In this document: one piece after another, positions 1-10,194 of the stretch
How the letters are laid out: every line of letters begins with the position of its first letter
Numbering within the stretch: position 1 is the first letter of the stretch
From: Chitinophagaceae bacterium UBA4857
Lineage (GTDB): Bacteria > Bacteroidota > Bacteroidia > Chitinophagales > Chitinophagaceae
Assembly (NCBI GenBank): GCA_002399735.1
Contig: DHEF01000053.1
Span: 24,828 to 88,827 of the forward strand
Length of the DNA: 64,000 nucleotides
Direction of reading: 5' to 3'
Made by a program: the position numbers and the translations under genes
Notes under the pieces: generated by a model
Seen by the model: the letters and a program-made list of their open reading frames with translations, nothing else
The model's database searches: none
Told to the model about the DNA's origin: nothing

Positions 1-1152
1 AAACGTTCCGCCAACATGTATCGGGGCTGCAAATCTTAAAGTAATTATGTCGCTCAGTCCATCCGTACAATTACCGGTTGCACTAACAATATTAACCGGT
101 TCTGCACCGGTTATACTAAAATTAGTACCATTAGGAGCAATGGTGCTACAGTCTATTTTTTTACTAAAATGTAAGTTTATTTGTTGTGGCGCACAGCCAA
201 CTGTTGCTACACTGTCAATAGGTATAGGCTGTGGTACTGTATAGGTAAACGATACAGATTCGCCTGCCGGAATACTTCTATCACAGTTATCCAACATGGT
301 ATTACCATCGCTACCATTATTTATAATTAAACTATACGTTGCGGATGGTAATGCGTTACTTAAATTAATAATTATTTCTTCGGTATTAAAGCCGGTTGTA
401 CATCCAACTTTTGATACTGATTGGATGGTTGCATTGGCAGGTGATAAAGAGAACTCACTTCCATTTGTACTAAGACTACTACATTTCATTTCCTTATTTA
501 ATAGCAATCGTAATTGTGTGCCATCGCAACTGGTGGTAATGGATTGCAAATGAGGTTCTTTAGGGTCGGTAATTACTGCGGTACCACCACCAAATGAAAG
601 GTCGTAACCACTTTGCGAATCGGTGTAATGGCTTACTAATAAAATGTATTCATGTCCGGCAATTAGGTTAGGCGATCGGGCAAAGTTGGGACGGTTTTCT
701 TCAGGCGATGATGCACATTGGATGTAGGTTACACCCGAAGCAGAAGCACCAGTATTACCAGGTGTAGCAGCCCAGTTGCCGGTTACAATAATATTTCTGT
801 TGGTAAAAACCTCATCCGGGTTTAAACCTGTAATATCGTACAGCTGCCAGTCGTAATCATCGTTCATATTATCCGGTGAAATAACAAAACTTAATGTGCC
901 GGCAGTATAACAGGTAAACTTGTACCAGAACGGATTTTTATTTTCGTAATTAGCGCCATCTCCGCTACAGCCAGGTACAAACAAACTTCTTGTACTGCAT
1001 ATAGGCACATTGCTTTGATGAAAAGTACTGGTACCACAAACCGGGAAAGCGGTAGACGGGGTTTGCCCCAATGTGGTACATTGCTGAGCCCGGGTTACTG
1101 TAATATTACCTACTAATAAAAAAAGCAGTAAAAAGAAAAATTTAAACTTCAT
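1..1152 (-). CDS. Secreted Cys-rich protein with repeated Ig-like modules, probably a T9SS (gliding-motility CTD/PKD-type) cargo; 5' part only, runs off the window
   Basis: Missing from the ORF track because it has no stop. I translated it from ATG at 1152: MKFKFFFLLLFLLVGNITVTRAQQCTTLGQTPSTAFPVCGTSTF..., open for 384 codons to position 1. Signal peptide ends in AQ; two similar modules SCDGTQLRLLLNKEMKCSSL and GCAPQQINLHFSKKIDCSTI. T9SS assignment is by family resemblance; the C-terminus is not visible. Confidence 0.75.
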   Translation of the reverse strand, partial: MKFKFFFLLLFLLVGNITVTRAQQCTTLGQTPSTAFPVCGTSTFHQSNVPICSTRSLFVPGCSGDGANYENKNPFWYKFTCYTAGTLSFVISPDNMNDDYDWQLYDITGLNPDEVFTNRNIIVTGNWAATPGNTGASASGVTYIQCASSPEENRPNFARSPNLIAGHEYILLVSHYTDSQSGYDLSFGGGTAVITDPKEPHLQSITTSCDGTQLRLLLNKEMKCSSLSTNGSEFSLSPANATIQSVSKVGCTTGFNTEEIIINLSNALPSATYSLIINNGSDGNTMLDNCDRSIPAGESVSFTYTVPQPIPIDSVATVGCAPQQINLHFSKKIDCSTIAPNGTNFSITGAEPVNIVSATGNCTDGLSDIITLRFAAPIHVGGTF

Positions 1153-1254
1153 TTCGTTATAAAACTTACCGGTTTTACGGAGTATTTTTTCTGACAGCAA
1201 AGGTATAGTTTTCGCTGCCTGTGTAAAATGTTATATTTTATTAGTAGTTATTAT

Positions 1255-1325
1255 TATTTTACCGGCTGCATAAACCTGATTGAGCTGATGTTGCGACGCT
1301 CCGTTCATCGTTCCGTTCGCTAATC
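1255..1325 (+). repeat. Dispersed repeat superfamily copy (variant core ttgcgacgctccgttc)
   Basis: ttttaccggc start; ttgcgacgctccgttc...ttccgttcgct at 1291-1321 matches 6574-6604 and 60718-60750. Confidence 0.75.
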
Positions 1326-1532
1326 AGCAGCGGGAAGTTGGAAAGTCCGGAAGTCAGAAAGACCGTAAGATTGAATTGACAATGAACAAGTGACAGTTGA
1401 TAGAATTCACCCGATCAACAATCAACGATGAACCGTTAGCTAAAGTGCCGACAAATAATATGCAGCACAAGTGTAAGTATTTAATTCATCTCCACTGGAA
1501 ATAAATTAAATCCCGATTCTATCGGAACACTA

Positions 1533-1572
1533 CGGACGATGCTAGTAGCACTGCAGTTAGAAAAAAAAATAA
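1533..1572 (-). repeat. Isolated left arm of the dispersed repeat, directly after the dprA stop
   Basis: Reverse complement aactgcagtgctactagcatcgtccg resembles aactgcattactactagcatcgtctg at 12329-12354. Confidence 0.65.
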
Positions 1573-2685
1573 CTATACCAGTTTGTACATTTTCCCCGGA
1601 AGTGGGAGTACAATATTTTGTAACTCCAGGCTTAACATAGCGGCTGCAATGTTGCTATTGCTTAGTGTGGAAAGTGCCGTTATTTCATCAATATGAATGG
1701 AGTTATGATTGTTTAATAAATCCACAATTTTTTTTTCATCGGCAGTAAGTTCCAGCATCAAGGGTTGTTGTATAGCATTGGCTTTTTGCTTTGTATTGTT
1801 CTTATTGCTTTTCCAACCTAATGAATATAAAATATCGTCGGCATGTTGTAAAAGTTTGGCACTGCCATTTTGTATAAGCATATTACAACCCTTGCTTTTT
1901 ATATCGGTTGTTTTGCCGGGTAAAGCAAATAATTGCTTTTTATATTGCATGGCAAGTTGGGCTGTAATCATGCTGCCGCCTCTTTCCGATGTTTCTATAA
2001 TTACAGTAGCATCACTAATGCCTGCCACTATACGGTTACGCCGCGGAAAGTTGTAACGTTCGGGTAAAGATGCACTCATAAACTCTGTTAACAAACCGCC
2101 ACCTGTTTTCAATATTTCTTTAGCCAATGCAGTGTGTTGTGTAGGATAAATTCTATCTAAGCCATGCGCCAACACACCAACGGTTGGTGCCTTGTGTGCA
2201 ATGGATGATCTATGGGCAATAGCATCTATACCGGCTGCCATGCCACTGATAATATGAATATTTTCACCGGCTAAATCTTTTACCAATTCCTCGGTAACGT
2301 CGCGGCCATATTGCGAGTGGGAACGGGAGCCAACAATAGCAATATTTTTTTGATGATTTAAATCTGCATCACCTTTATAATACAATACCGTTGGCGAGTC
2401 GTGAAACTTTAATAAACGCTGCGGATAATTTTCGTTGGTATAAAGTAGCGGCGTTATTTTATATTTTTCTATAAATTTTAATTCCTTTTCTATACGGGAA
2501 AAATCGGTGAATTGTTTTATGCTTTCGGCCCTTGCATCGCCAATACCTTCAATTTTTTCAATGATAGTTTTCTTGGCTTTAAAAATATCTTCTACGGCAA
2601 AATGTTGCAATAATAATTTTGCTTGCACAGGTCCAATTAAAGGAACCTGCAATAATGCAAGGTGGTAAAATAAAGGAGTAAGCAT
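1573..2685 (-). CDS. dprA: DNA-processing protein DprA (Smf)
   Basis: N-terminal SAM-like region, IAIVGSR, IISGMAAGID, GVLAHGLD, NFPRRNRIVAG, C-terminal winged helix. Confidence 0.95.
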   Translation of the reverse strand: MLTPLFYHLALLQVPLIGPVQAKLLLQHFAVEDIFKAKKTIIEKIEGIGDARAESIKQFTDFSRIEKELKFIEKYKITPLLYTNENYPQRLLKFHDSPTVLYYKGDADLNHQKNIAIVGSRSHSQYGRDVTEELVKDLAGENIHIISGMAAGIDAIAHRSSIAHKAPTVGVLAHGLDRIYPTQHTALAKEILKTGGGLLTEFMSASLPERYNFPRRNRIVAGISDATVIIETSERGGSMITAQLAMQYKKQLFALPGKTTDIKSKGCNMLIQNGSAKLLQHADDILYSLGWKSNKNNTKQKANAIQQPLMLELTADEKKIVDLLNNHNSIHIDEITALSTLSNSNIAAAMLSLELQNIVLPLPGKMYKLV

Positions 2686-2736
2686 TTGGTGTTTTTCGGT
2701 TACAATAAAAATAAGGAAATAAGTAAAATGCTGCGT

Positions 2737-4671
2737 TTACTTATTAGTTATTCTTATTTCTGTGCGTCGGTTTAATGCTCTTCCTTCTTCGGTTTTATTA
2801 TCTGCTACAGGTTTTGTTTCTCCATAACCAACAAAACTTAAACGTTTAGGTGATATAAATTTATGTTGCAGGTAGGCTACAACACGTTTAGCCCTGTTTT
2901 CAGATAAAAGTTTATTATCAGCAGGTTTACCAACATTATCTGTATGTCCCGATATTTCAATTGTGACCTCCGGGTTGTCATTTAAAAACTGTATCAGTTT
3001 ATCCAGTTCAATGTAAGAGGCAGGTTTAATATCAAACTTGTTTACATCAAAAAACACATTATTTAAAACAATACTGGCGTTAGGCTCTATAGGCTGCAAG
3101 GCAATGTCTTTTTGGTAGGTAGAATCGGCCTCTGTGCCAGCTACAAGAAACCTGTCCGAAAAAAATAAATAGCCTTTTTTGTTTACATTAAAAACATAAT
3201 CGTTACCAACGGGCAGCGTAATTAAATAATCGCCATCTTCATCCGTTCGTACAATATTAACTACCTGATTATTGGAAAGGTTTATTAGCTCAACTGTTGA
3301 TGCGATGCCTTCGTTCGTTTTTTTGTCGTGTACTTGTCCTGTAATCCATAACGTTTTTTTCGGTTGCACCTCTTTTGGCAGATCAAAGCTATATATATCT
3401 AAACCGCCTTTACCTTCCGGCCTTTCACCTGAATAGTAAGCCGTTGCACCATCGGCAGTTATATACAATGTTCCTTCTTTGTTTATTGTATTAATAGGAT
3501 AGCCCAGGTTAACGGGTGCAGTGGTGAAATTTCCGGCACTATCTTTTTTGGTAAAAAACAAATCATCATCGCCGTAACCTTGCCAGGTGTTAGAGGTAAA
3601 ATACAAAGTCTGGTTATCGGCATGAATAAAGGGGCATTGTTCATCACCGGCTGTGTTTACCTGCGGGCCTAAGTTTTCAGGCTCGCTCCAAAAGCCTTTT
3701 TCGTTTAAACGAGTTACATAAATATCCATACCGCCATAACCGCCGGGGCGGCTACTGGTAAAATAAATTTCTCTTTTATCAGGCGATAAACTTGGTTGTG
3801 AATCCCATTGGTCGCTATTTACTTTACGGCCCATGTTGCGTGCTGCTGACCATGCACCATTTTGCAAATAAGCCATATATAAATCACAACTACCTAATCC
3901 ATCCGGACGATTACAACCGGTAAAGACAAGCCATTTGCCATCCTGCGAAATTTGTAAAGCACCTTCGTTATAACTGGTATTTATTTCGCCGGCTAAAGCC
4001 TTAGCTGTGTTCCATTCGCCGTTAATAAAATTGCTGGAATAAAAATCTTCATTACTCTGGTTAATACGTCTGGTAAAAGCCAATTCTTTTTTATCAATAG
4101 TAAGCGAAGGAAAGTATTCAGATTCTTTTGTATTAATAGATGGTCCGGCATTTACAGGATTAAAACTGTATCGTCTGTCCTTTAAAAAAGTACTGTCATA
4201 TGCAACGGCAAATTCATAGTTTTTTTTGCGTTGTAAGTAGGCTGCTAATTGTTTTTCATTTTTGGGTGGCGTAACAGTAAGTACATGATTTAGTGCAGCC
4301 AATGCTTTTTTAAATTCTCCCACCGATGCCAGCATGGTAGAATAGAGTAGTTTATCGGGTATAGTGTAAATACTGTCTATAGCAAATGCAGTTTCAAAAC
4401 TTTCAATACTTTTATTGTAGGTGTTTAATTTGCTGTAAATACTGGCCATAGCAATATGTGCATCTACATAGTTGTTATCAATGGCAACTGCCTGAGTAAG
4501 TAAGCCAATGGCGCTTACATAGTTATTGTCATTAGCTCTTTCGATAGCTTGCTGATAAAGCGTCACTGCCTTTTTATTCACTTTAGCAGGATTATAATTT
4601 TGTCCGTTTACACTATAAGTAAAAAAACAAAATGTAATCAGGAGCCAATATTTGAAAAATATGTTGACCAT
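2737..4671 (-). CDS. OmpA-family protein with TPR, PD40 beta-propeller and carboxypeptidase-regulatory-like domains (PorE-like architecture)
   Basis: Signal peptide, TPR-like helices, repeated DSQPSLSPD/EQCPFIHAD PD40 units, C-terminal IEISGHTDNVG...LSENRA...NRRTE OmpA motif. Confidence 0.85.
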   Translation of the reverse strand: MVNIFFKYWLLITFCFFTYSVNGQNYNPAKVNKKAVTLYQQAIERANDNNYVSAIGLLTQAVAIDNNYVDAHIAMASIYSKLNTYNKSIESFETAFAIDSIYTIPDKLLYSTMLASVGEFKKALAALNHVLTVTPPKNEKQLAAYLQRKKNYEFAVAYDSTFLKDRRYSFNPVNAGPSINTKESEYFPSLTIDKKELAFTRRINQSNEDFYSSNFINGEWNTAKALAGEINTSYNEGALQISQDGKWLVFTGCNRPDGLGSCDLYMAYLQNGAWSAARNMGRKVNSDQWDSQPSLSPDKREIYFTSSRPGGYGGMDIYVTRLNEKGFWSEPENLGPQVNTAGDEQCPFIHADNQTLYFTSNTWQGYGDDDLFFTKKDSAGNFTTAPVNLGYPINTINKEGTLYITADGATAYYSGERPEGKGGLDIYSFDLPKEVQPKKTLWITGQVHDKKTNEGIASTVELINLSNNQVVNIVRTDEDGDYLITLPVGNDYVFNVNKKGYLFFSDRFLVAGTEADSTYQKDIALQPIEPNASIVLNNVFFDVNKFDIKPASYIELDKLIQFLNDNPEVTIEISGHTDNVGKPADNKLLSENRAKRVVAYLQHKFISPKRLSFVGYGETKPVADNKTEEGRALNRRTEIRITNK

Positions 4672-4850
4672 AATATAGTAACGAATCTAAATATTATTTA
4701 TTTTTAGGGTGCTAGATGTTCTTAAAATTATTGTTGTCCTCTACAACCAAGCCCTCTTTACCACATTTTATTAGTTAAACGTATGTGAATTTCAGGGTTA
4801 TCAATACAATTGTATTCAATTAATAAATATTTGTGTAAAATATTTAAAAT

Positions 4851-4890
4851 AAAAGAAAACCGCACCAAAATATTGATGCGGTTTTCTTTT
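4851..4890. terminator. Intrinsic terminator downstream of folD-queE
   Basis: aaaagaaaaccgca-N12-tgcggttttctttt, perfect 14-bp inverted repeat with A/T tails. Confidence 0.8.
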
Positions 4891-4904
4891 ATGTTCATTT
4901 TTTA

Positions 4905-5549
4905 TTATGGCACATTAATATATTTATGCAATTGCAGGCTAAGCTCCCATTGCGGGTTGGCCTTAACATACTCAACAATTAACGGAACCATTACATCAGC
5001 CTTACTCCATTCAGGTTGTAAGTATAATTTACAATCGGCAGGTACTTGTGCCGCAAACTGCTCGCCAAAAGCAAAATCCGATTTATGGTAAATAATTACT
5101 TTTAATTCGTTAGCCGCAGCCACCACCTCGGGTAAAGGAGCTTTAAACTTTTTTGGCGATAAACATAACCAATCCCAGTTTCCTGATAATGGCGATGATC
5201 CCGATGTTTCAATATTTGTTTGTAAACCTGCTGCATGTAGTGCATCGGTTAACGCATCCAATGGGTGCATCAATGGCTCACCACCGGTAATAACTACAAT
5301 TTTAGATGGTGTTGCTTTTACTTCATCCACCAATTGTTGTATGGTAAAGTGCGGGTGCGCATCGGCGTCCCAGCTTTCTTTTACATCGCACCAAACACAG
5401 CCCACATCACAGCCGCCCAAACGTATAAAGTAAGCAGCATGACCCTGATAAAACCCCTCACCCTGAATGGTATAAAAATGCTCCATTACCGGCAACGTAC
5501 TTGTAGCCGTTAAAAGGGGAGTATCTATATTTTCAGTAGTTGCTGTCAT
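4905..5549 (-). CDS. queE: 7-carboxy-7-deazaguanine synthase (radical SAM)
   Basis: FYTIQGEG, CxxxCxxC as CDVGCVWCD, VITGGEPL, IETSG, SLQLHKY. ATG at 5549 preferred over the upstream start in the track. Confidence 0.92.
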   Translation of the reverse strand: MTATTENIDTPLLTATSTLPVMEHFYTIQGEGFYQGHAAYFIRLGGCDVGCVWCDVKESWDADAHPHFTIQQLVDEVKATPSKIVVITGGEPLMHPLDALTDALHAAGLQTNIETSGSSPLSGNWDWLCLSPKKFKAPLPEVVAAANELKVIIYHKSDFAFGEQFAAQVPADCKLYLQPEWSKADVMVPLIVEYVKANPQWELSLQLHKYINVP

Positions 5550-5576
5550 ATTTTTCTTAAACAATCAAAAGCTTAT

Positions 5577-6452
5577 TTAGTTGTTTTCAACGCAAGCCTG
5601 ATAGGTATTTTTCATCAAAGCCGCAATGGTCATAGGGCCTACACCACCCGGTACAGGCGTTATCCAATCAGTTTTATCGGCAACTTCGGCATAAGCCACA
5701 TCGCCTTTTAGCCTAAAACCACTTTTACGGCTGCTGTCTTCCACTCTGGTAATGCCTACATCAATAATTATGGCACCTGGTTTTACCATGTCAGCAGTAA
5801 CAAACTCGGGTATGCCCAAAGCCGCTACAATTATATCGCCTTGCAGGCAAAGTTCTTTTAAGTTGGTAGTATGCGAGTGACAAATAGTTACCGTACAGTT
5901 TCCCGGGTTACTATTACCACTTAACAAAATACTCATAGGGCGTCCAACAATATTACTACGGCCAATAACAATAGCATGTTTTCCTTTTGTATCTATTTTG
6001 TAATGCTTTAACAGCAACATAATTCCGTATGGTGTTGCCGGAACAAAAGTTGGTAAGCCTTCTACCATTTTACCCACACTTTCAGGATGAAACCCGTCTA
6101 CGTCCTTCGCAGGCGATATAGCGTCAATTACCTTTTTAGCGTCAATATGTTTTGGTAATGGCAGTTGTACCAAAATACCATCAATATCCGGATCGTTGTT
6201 AAGGTTATCAATTTCTTCTAATAATTGCAGTTCATCTATAGTGCTTTCAAACCTAACTAAGGTCGATTTAAAGCCTGTTTCTTCGCATGATTTTACTTTT
6301 GCAGCTACATAAGTTTCGCTGGCTCCGTTGTTGCCTACTAAAATTGCGGCTAAATGCGGTATTTTTTTTCCTTCGTTTGCACGTTGGGCTACATCCAGTT
6401 TCAGTGCATCTTTAATAGCCTGAGCGGCTAATTTCCCGTCTAATATTTGCAT
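5577..6452 (-). CDS. folD: Bifunctional methylenetetrahydrofolate dehydrogenase/cyclohydrolase
   Basis: [40 protein letters not shown]. Confidence 0.97.
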   Translation of the reverse strand: MQILDGKLAAQAIKDALKLDVAQRANEGKKIPHLAAILVGNNGASETYVAAKVKSCEETGFKSTLVRFESTIDELQLLEEIDNLNNDPDIDGILVQLPLPKHIDAKKVIDAISPAKDVDGFHPESVGKMVEGLPTFVPATPYGIMLLLKHYKIDTKGKHAIVIGRSNIVGRPMSILLSGNSNPGNCTVTICHSHTTNLKELCLQGDIIVAALGIPEFVTADMVKPGAIIIDVGITRVEDSSRKSGFRLKGDVAYAEVADKTDWITPVPGGVGPMTIAALMKNTYQACVENN

Positions 6453-6539
6453 GGCGCAAACCTACATAAACTTTCAATGTTTTTGGTTTTAAATCTGTAT
6501 TAACGGCTACATTTTCTCATTTTTATAGTAACATTTTTT

Positions 6540-6795
6540 GTTTACCGGCTTCGGTTCCCTGATTGATCGTCCCTTGCGACGCTCCGTTCGGAGTTCCGTT
6601 CGCTGTTCAGGAGAGAGAGTAGGGAAGTCGGGAAGTCGGAGAGTCCGTGAGTCGGGAAGTTCAGGGGCTTCTCCCTATTAACTATTAACAATGAACCATT
6701 AACTACCAACACCTCATGCCAAATGATGAATAGTATTACAGCAGTACAAGCGTGCGACGCAACGGAAGCTCAATCAAGGGAGGGACGCTGGGAGC
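6540..6795. repeat. Composite repeat: + strand variant copy, ggaagtc and ttaac 7-mer tracts, and a - strand full copy
   Basis: 6574-6604 matches 1291-1321. The reverse complement of 6741-6791 (ccagcgtccctcccttgattgagcttccgttgcgtcgcacgcttg) matches 19183-19227 and 25966-26010. The reverse complement of 6679-6705 is identical to 35221-35247. Confidence 0.85.
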
Positions 6796-6943
6796 AAAAT
6801 GCTCATGTCTAATATCAGAAAGAAAGCCTCTTAAGTGTTAACGCTCTATGTTACTTATAGCGCCTATCAAAAAACTTATTCCGCACATGATAATTGTATT
6901 CCAATAAAATACGTAAATTACGATAAGCTAACCTACCTGAGTT

Positions 6944-7771
6944 TTGAGAAACATTAAACTGCTTTTAATGGTTCTGCCATTTTGTGCAAGCCATAACCTG
7001 TATGCACAGTTGGTGCGTAAACCCGTAAGTTCATCTTATGCAGGTGTCGGGGCGTATTCCGCCACTCATTCCGATGTATTTTCTGTTTTGTCTAATACTG
7101 CTGCACTGACAAAAGTGAAACAGTTTAGTGCCGGTGTATATGGCGAACAGCGTTTTATGCTGAAGGAGCTTATGCATTATTTAGGTGCTTTTGCTTTGCC
7201 CACCCAATCGGGAAACTTTGCCGTAACAACTGCTTATCAGGGCGGTAGTTATATGAATGATTATCAGATAGGATTGGCTTATGCCCGAAGTCTGGGTAAA
7301 ACCATTGATATTGGTGTAAGGTTTAACTACAACGGATTAAAAGTAAATGGTTATGGCAATGCATCAGCAATTGGCATGGAGCTGGGTACTGTTTTACATT
7401 TTACCGAGAAGCTGCATGGCGGTTTACAAGTGGTAAACCCGGTAAGTTCAAAATTCGGGATAAATAAACAGGAAAAGTTTGCCTCTGTATATTCATTAGG
7501 TATAGGATACGAGGCGTCGGAGAAGTTTTTTGTAAGTACAGCCTTTGTAAAAGAAGAAGATAAGGCAAACATCGTACAGGCAGATGTACAATACAAAATT
7601 TTACCTTTTTTACAATTACGGGGTGGAGTAAGTACGGGTACAACCAGTTATTGGTTAGGAGTTGGTTTAGGTTGGAAAAATATACGATTAGATATTGTAA
7701 GCGGTTATCATAATCAGTTAGGGCTATCGCCGGGACTGATGATTATATATGAAAATAATCATCAGCCATGA
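6944..7771 (+). CDS. Hypothetical outer-membrane beta-barrel protein (FadL/PorV-like appearance)
   Basis: TTG start, signal peptide ending YAQ, alternating aromatic/Gly beta-strands (IGLAYAR, LGIGYE, LGVGLGW); overlaps the next gene by ATGA. Confidence 0.65.
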   Translation: MRNIKLLLMVLPFCASHNLYAQLVRKPVSSSYAGVGAYSATHSDVFSVLSNTAALTKVKQFSAGVYGEQRFMLKELMHYLGAFALPTQSGNFAVTTAYQGGSYMNDYQIGLAYARSLGKTIDIGVRFNYNGLKVNGYGNASAIGMELGTVLHFTEKLHGGLQVVNPVSSKFGINKQEKFASVYSLGIGYEASEKFFVSTAFVKEEDKANIVQADVQYKILPFLQLRGGVSTGTTSYWLGVGLGWKNIRLDIVSGYHNQLGLSPGLMIIYENNHQP

Positions 7772-9819
7772 AGAAATATGTTTATTATATATGTATACTA
7801 ATTTTATGTTGTCGGTTTCAATTGGCTGCACAAACGGTACCGCCTGTAACCGAGCAACAGTTAGAAAGTATGACTGCTGCTGAAGAAGCCGAAACAGAAG
7901 ATGATAGTTATTTACAACAATTAAGTTATTACAAAAGACATCCCTTACATATAAATACCGCATCGGCAGATGAGCTTCAGGGATTATTGTTGCTGACCGA
8001 TTTGCAAATACAAAACCTGCTTATTTATCGTAAGTTATTGGGTAAGCTGGTAAATGTGTATGAGTTGCAGGCGGTACCGGGCTGGGATATTTTTACTATA
8101 CGAAAACTATTGCCTTTTATAACTATTGCTGATGATATAAGTTTAATAAACTCAATAAAAGACCGGTTGAAAGGTGGTGAACATAGTATTATTATACGGG
8201 CGTCGCAAATAATGGAGCAAGCCAAAGGGTTTGATAAAACTACAGCCGGCACAAAATACCTGGGAAGTAAACAACGTTACTTTTTGCGGTACAGGTATAT
8301 GTATAAAAATATACTACAGTACGGTGTGACAGCCGATAAAGATGCTGGTGAACAATTTTTTAAAGGAGTACAGCAATATGGTTTTGATTTTTATTCTGTA
8401 CATGCATTTGCACGCAACATAGGTGTGATAAAAGCGTTGGCACTTGGTGATTTTACTGTAAATATGGGCCAGGGTTTAATACAATGGCAAAGCCTTGCTT
8501 TTAAAAAGAGTGTAGAAATAAGTGCTATAAAAAGACAATCAACGGTTTTAAGGCCATATACTTCGGCCGGTGAATATAATTTTAACCGTGGAGTTGGTAT
8601 TACACTGCAAAAGAAAAATATTGAACTTACTTTGTTTGCATCCGCTAGAAGGCTAAGTGCTAATATGATACAAAGCGCTGATAGTGTAGATGCGGAAGAT
8701 TATTTTTCTTCTTTTGTTACTTCGGGTTATCACAGAACTGCATCGGAAGCAGCTGATAAAAATAAACTTAGGCAAATAAGTTATGGAGGGAATTTGAGAT
8801 ACTCTTTGGGTAAAGGGTACATAGGTATAAATACAATAAGCTATCATTTTTCAGCAGCTTTACAAAAGCGGGATTTACCCTATAATTATTTTGCTATAAC
8901 AGGAAAAACATGGTTTAATGCCAGCATTGATTATGGCTACACACATAAAAACGTTCACTTTTTTGGTGAAGCGGCTATTGATAAAAAAATGAACAGGGCT
9001 TTTGTAAACGGCCTTATGATAAGTGTTGACAGAACAGTAGACATTGCTTTGTTGCAAAGAAGTATAGGTAAGGGTTATCAGGCTGTAAACGGTAATGCAT
9101 TTACAGAAAATACTTTCCCTACAAATGAAACCGGTTATTACATTGGGTTAACCATGAGGCCAACGAGTAATTTACGATTAGATGGGTATGCCGATTTATT
9201 TAAATTTCCTTTTATAAAATACCTGGTAGATGCACCAGCCAGTGGAAGCGAATATGCCGCCCAGTTAACTTATACTCCAAATAAAGCAAGTGAATTGTAT
9301 CTGCGTTTTAGAAAAGAGTCAAAACAACTTAATCAACCGGATAATGTAACCAGTTTAAATTATCTGGTTTATCAAAATAAGGTCAACTGGCGTATGCATG
9401 TAAGCCATAAATTAAATACAATCATTACGGTGCGCAGCAGGGTAGAATGGTTACAGTTTGACCGGGAAAGGAATGATAAAGAACAAGGTATACTATATTT
9501 TGCCGATATAATATATAAACCGATGACGAAACCTTTAGCTGCCGGGGTAAGGTTACAGTATTTTGAAACAGATAGTTATTATTCAAGGGTTTATGCTTTT
9601 GAAAACGATGTATTGTATAGTTATAGTATTCCAGTGTTTTATGATAAAGGTTTTCGTTATTATTTAAATCTTAATTATGATATAAACAGAAATATTACGG
9701 TATGGCTTCGTTGGGCACAGATGATTTATAATAACAGGCAAACGATAGGTAGTGGGTTGGATGAGATAAATGGGAATAAAAAGTCGGAGATAAAGGCGCA
9801 GATAAGAATGATTATATAA
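7768..9819 (+). CDS. Helix-hairpin-helix (ComEA-like) domain protein with a large predicted C-terminal beta-barrel
   Basis: Signal peptide; HPLHINTASADELQGL...YRKLLGKLVNVYELQAVPGWD is a ComEA/HHH_3-type segment; the rest is rich in amphipathic aromatic strands and ends EIKAQIRMII. Confidence 0.75.
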   Translation: MKKYVYYICILILCCRFQLAAQTVPPVTEQQLESMTAAEEAETEDDSYLQQLSYYKRHPLHINTASADELQGLLLLTDLQIQNLLIYRKLLGKLVNVYELQAVPGWDIFTIRKLLPFITIADDISLINSIKDRLKGGEHSIIIRASQIMEQAKGFDKTTAGTKYLGSKQRYFLRYRYMYKNILQYGVTADKDAGEQFFKGVQQYGFDFYSVHAFARNIGVIKALALGDFTVNMGQGLIQWQSLAFKKSVEISAIKRQSTVLRPYTSAGEYNFNRGVGITLQKKNIELTLFASARRLSANMIQSADSVDAEDYFSSFVTSGYHRTASEAADKNKLRQISYGGNLRYSLGKGYIGINTISYHFSAALQKRDLPYNYFAITGKTWFNASIDYGYTHKNVHFFGEAAIDKKMNRAFVNGLMISVDRTVDIALLQRSIGKGYQAVNGNAFTENTFPTNETGYYIGLTMRPTSNLRLDGYADLFKFPFIKYLVDAPASGSEYAAQLTYTPNKASELYLRFRKESKQLNQPDNVTSLNYLVYQNKVNWRMHVSHKLNTIITVRSRVEWLQFDRERNDKEQGILYFADIIYKPMTKPLAAGVRLQYFETDSYYSRVYAFENDVLYSYSIPVFYDKGFRYYLNLNYDINRNITVWLRWAQMIYNNRQTIGSGLDEINGNKKSEIKAQIRMII

Positions 9820-9882
9820 TCAATTGTGAAGCAAATGCTTACTAACTTCCCTTTTCCCTACCTTCGCTATAAATCAACTCAC

Positions 9883-10194
9883 ATGACGGATCAGCAACAG
9901 CCTAACCAGTTAAACATAGAAATATCAGAAGAAGTAGCAGAAGGTAACTACGCCAATCTGGCCATTATTACACATTCGCATGCCGAGTTTGTGGTAGACT
10001 TTGTAAACGTAATGCCGGGTACGCCAAAGAGCAAGGTAAAATCGCGTATTATACTTACACCGCAGCATGCCAAACGTTTAATGAAGGCACTGATAGACAA
10101 TGTAGAAAAATTTGAAGCAAGTAACGGCGTAATTAAAGATCTGGACGAAGTACAGATTCCTTTAAACTTTGGTGGTCCTAATGCCCAGGCTTAA
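9883..10194 (+). CDS. DUF3467 family protein
   Basis: LNIEISEEVAEGNYANLAIITHSHAEFVVDFV...KSRIILTPQHAKRL. ATG at 9883 follows a TACCTTCG -7-like motif. Confidence 0.85.
   Translation: MTDQQQPNQLNIEISEEVAEGNYANLAIITHSHAEFVVDFVNVMPGTPKSKVKSRIILTPQHAKRLMKALIDNVEKFEASNGVIKDLDEVQIPLNFGGPNAQA

Noticed and set aside
6741-6795. Repeat core as a DNA uptake sequence, given nearby dprA and the HhH protein
   Set aside because: Known uptake sequences are short and abundant inside coding regions. I saw this core only in intergenic, long modular contexts.
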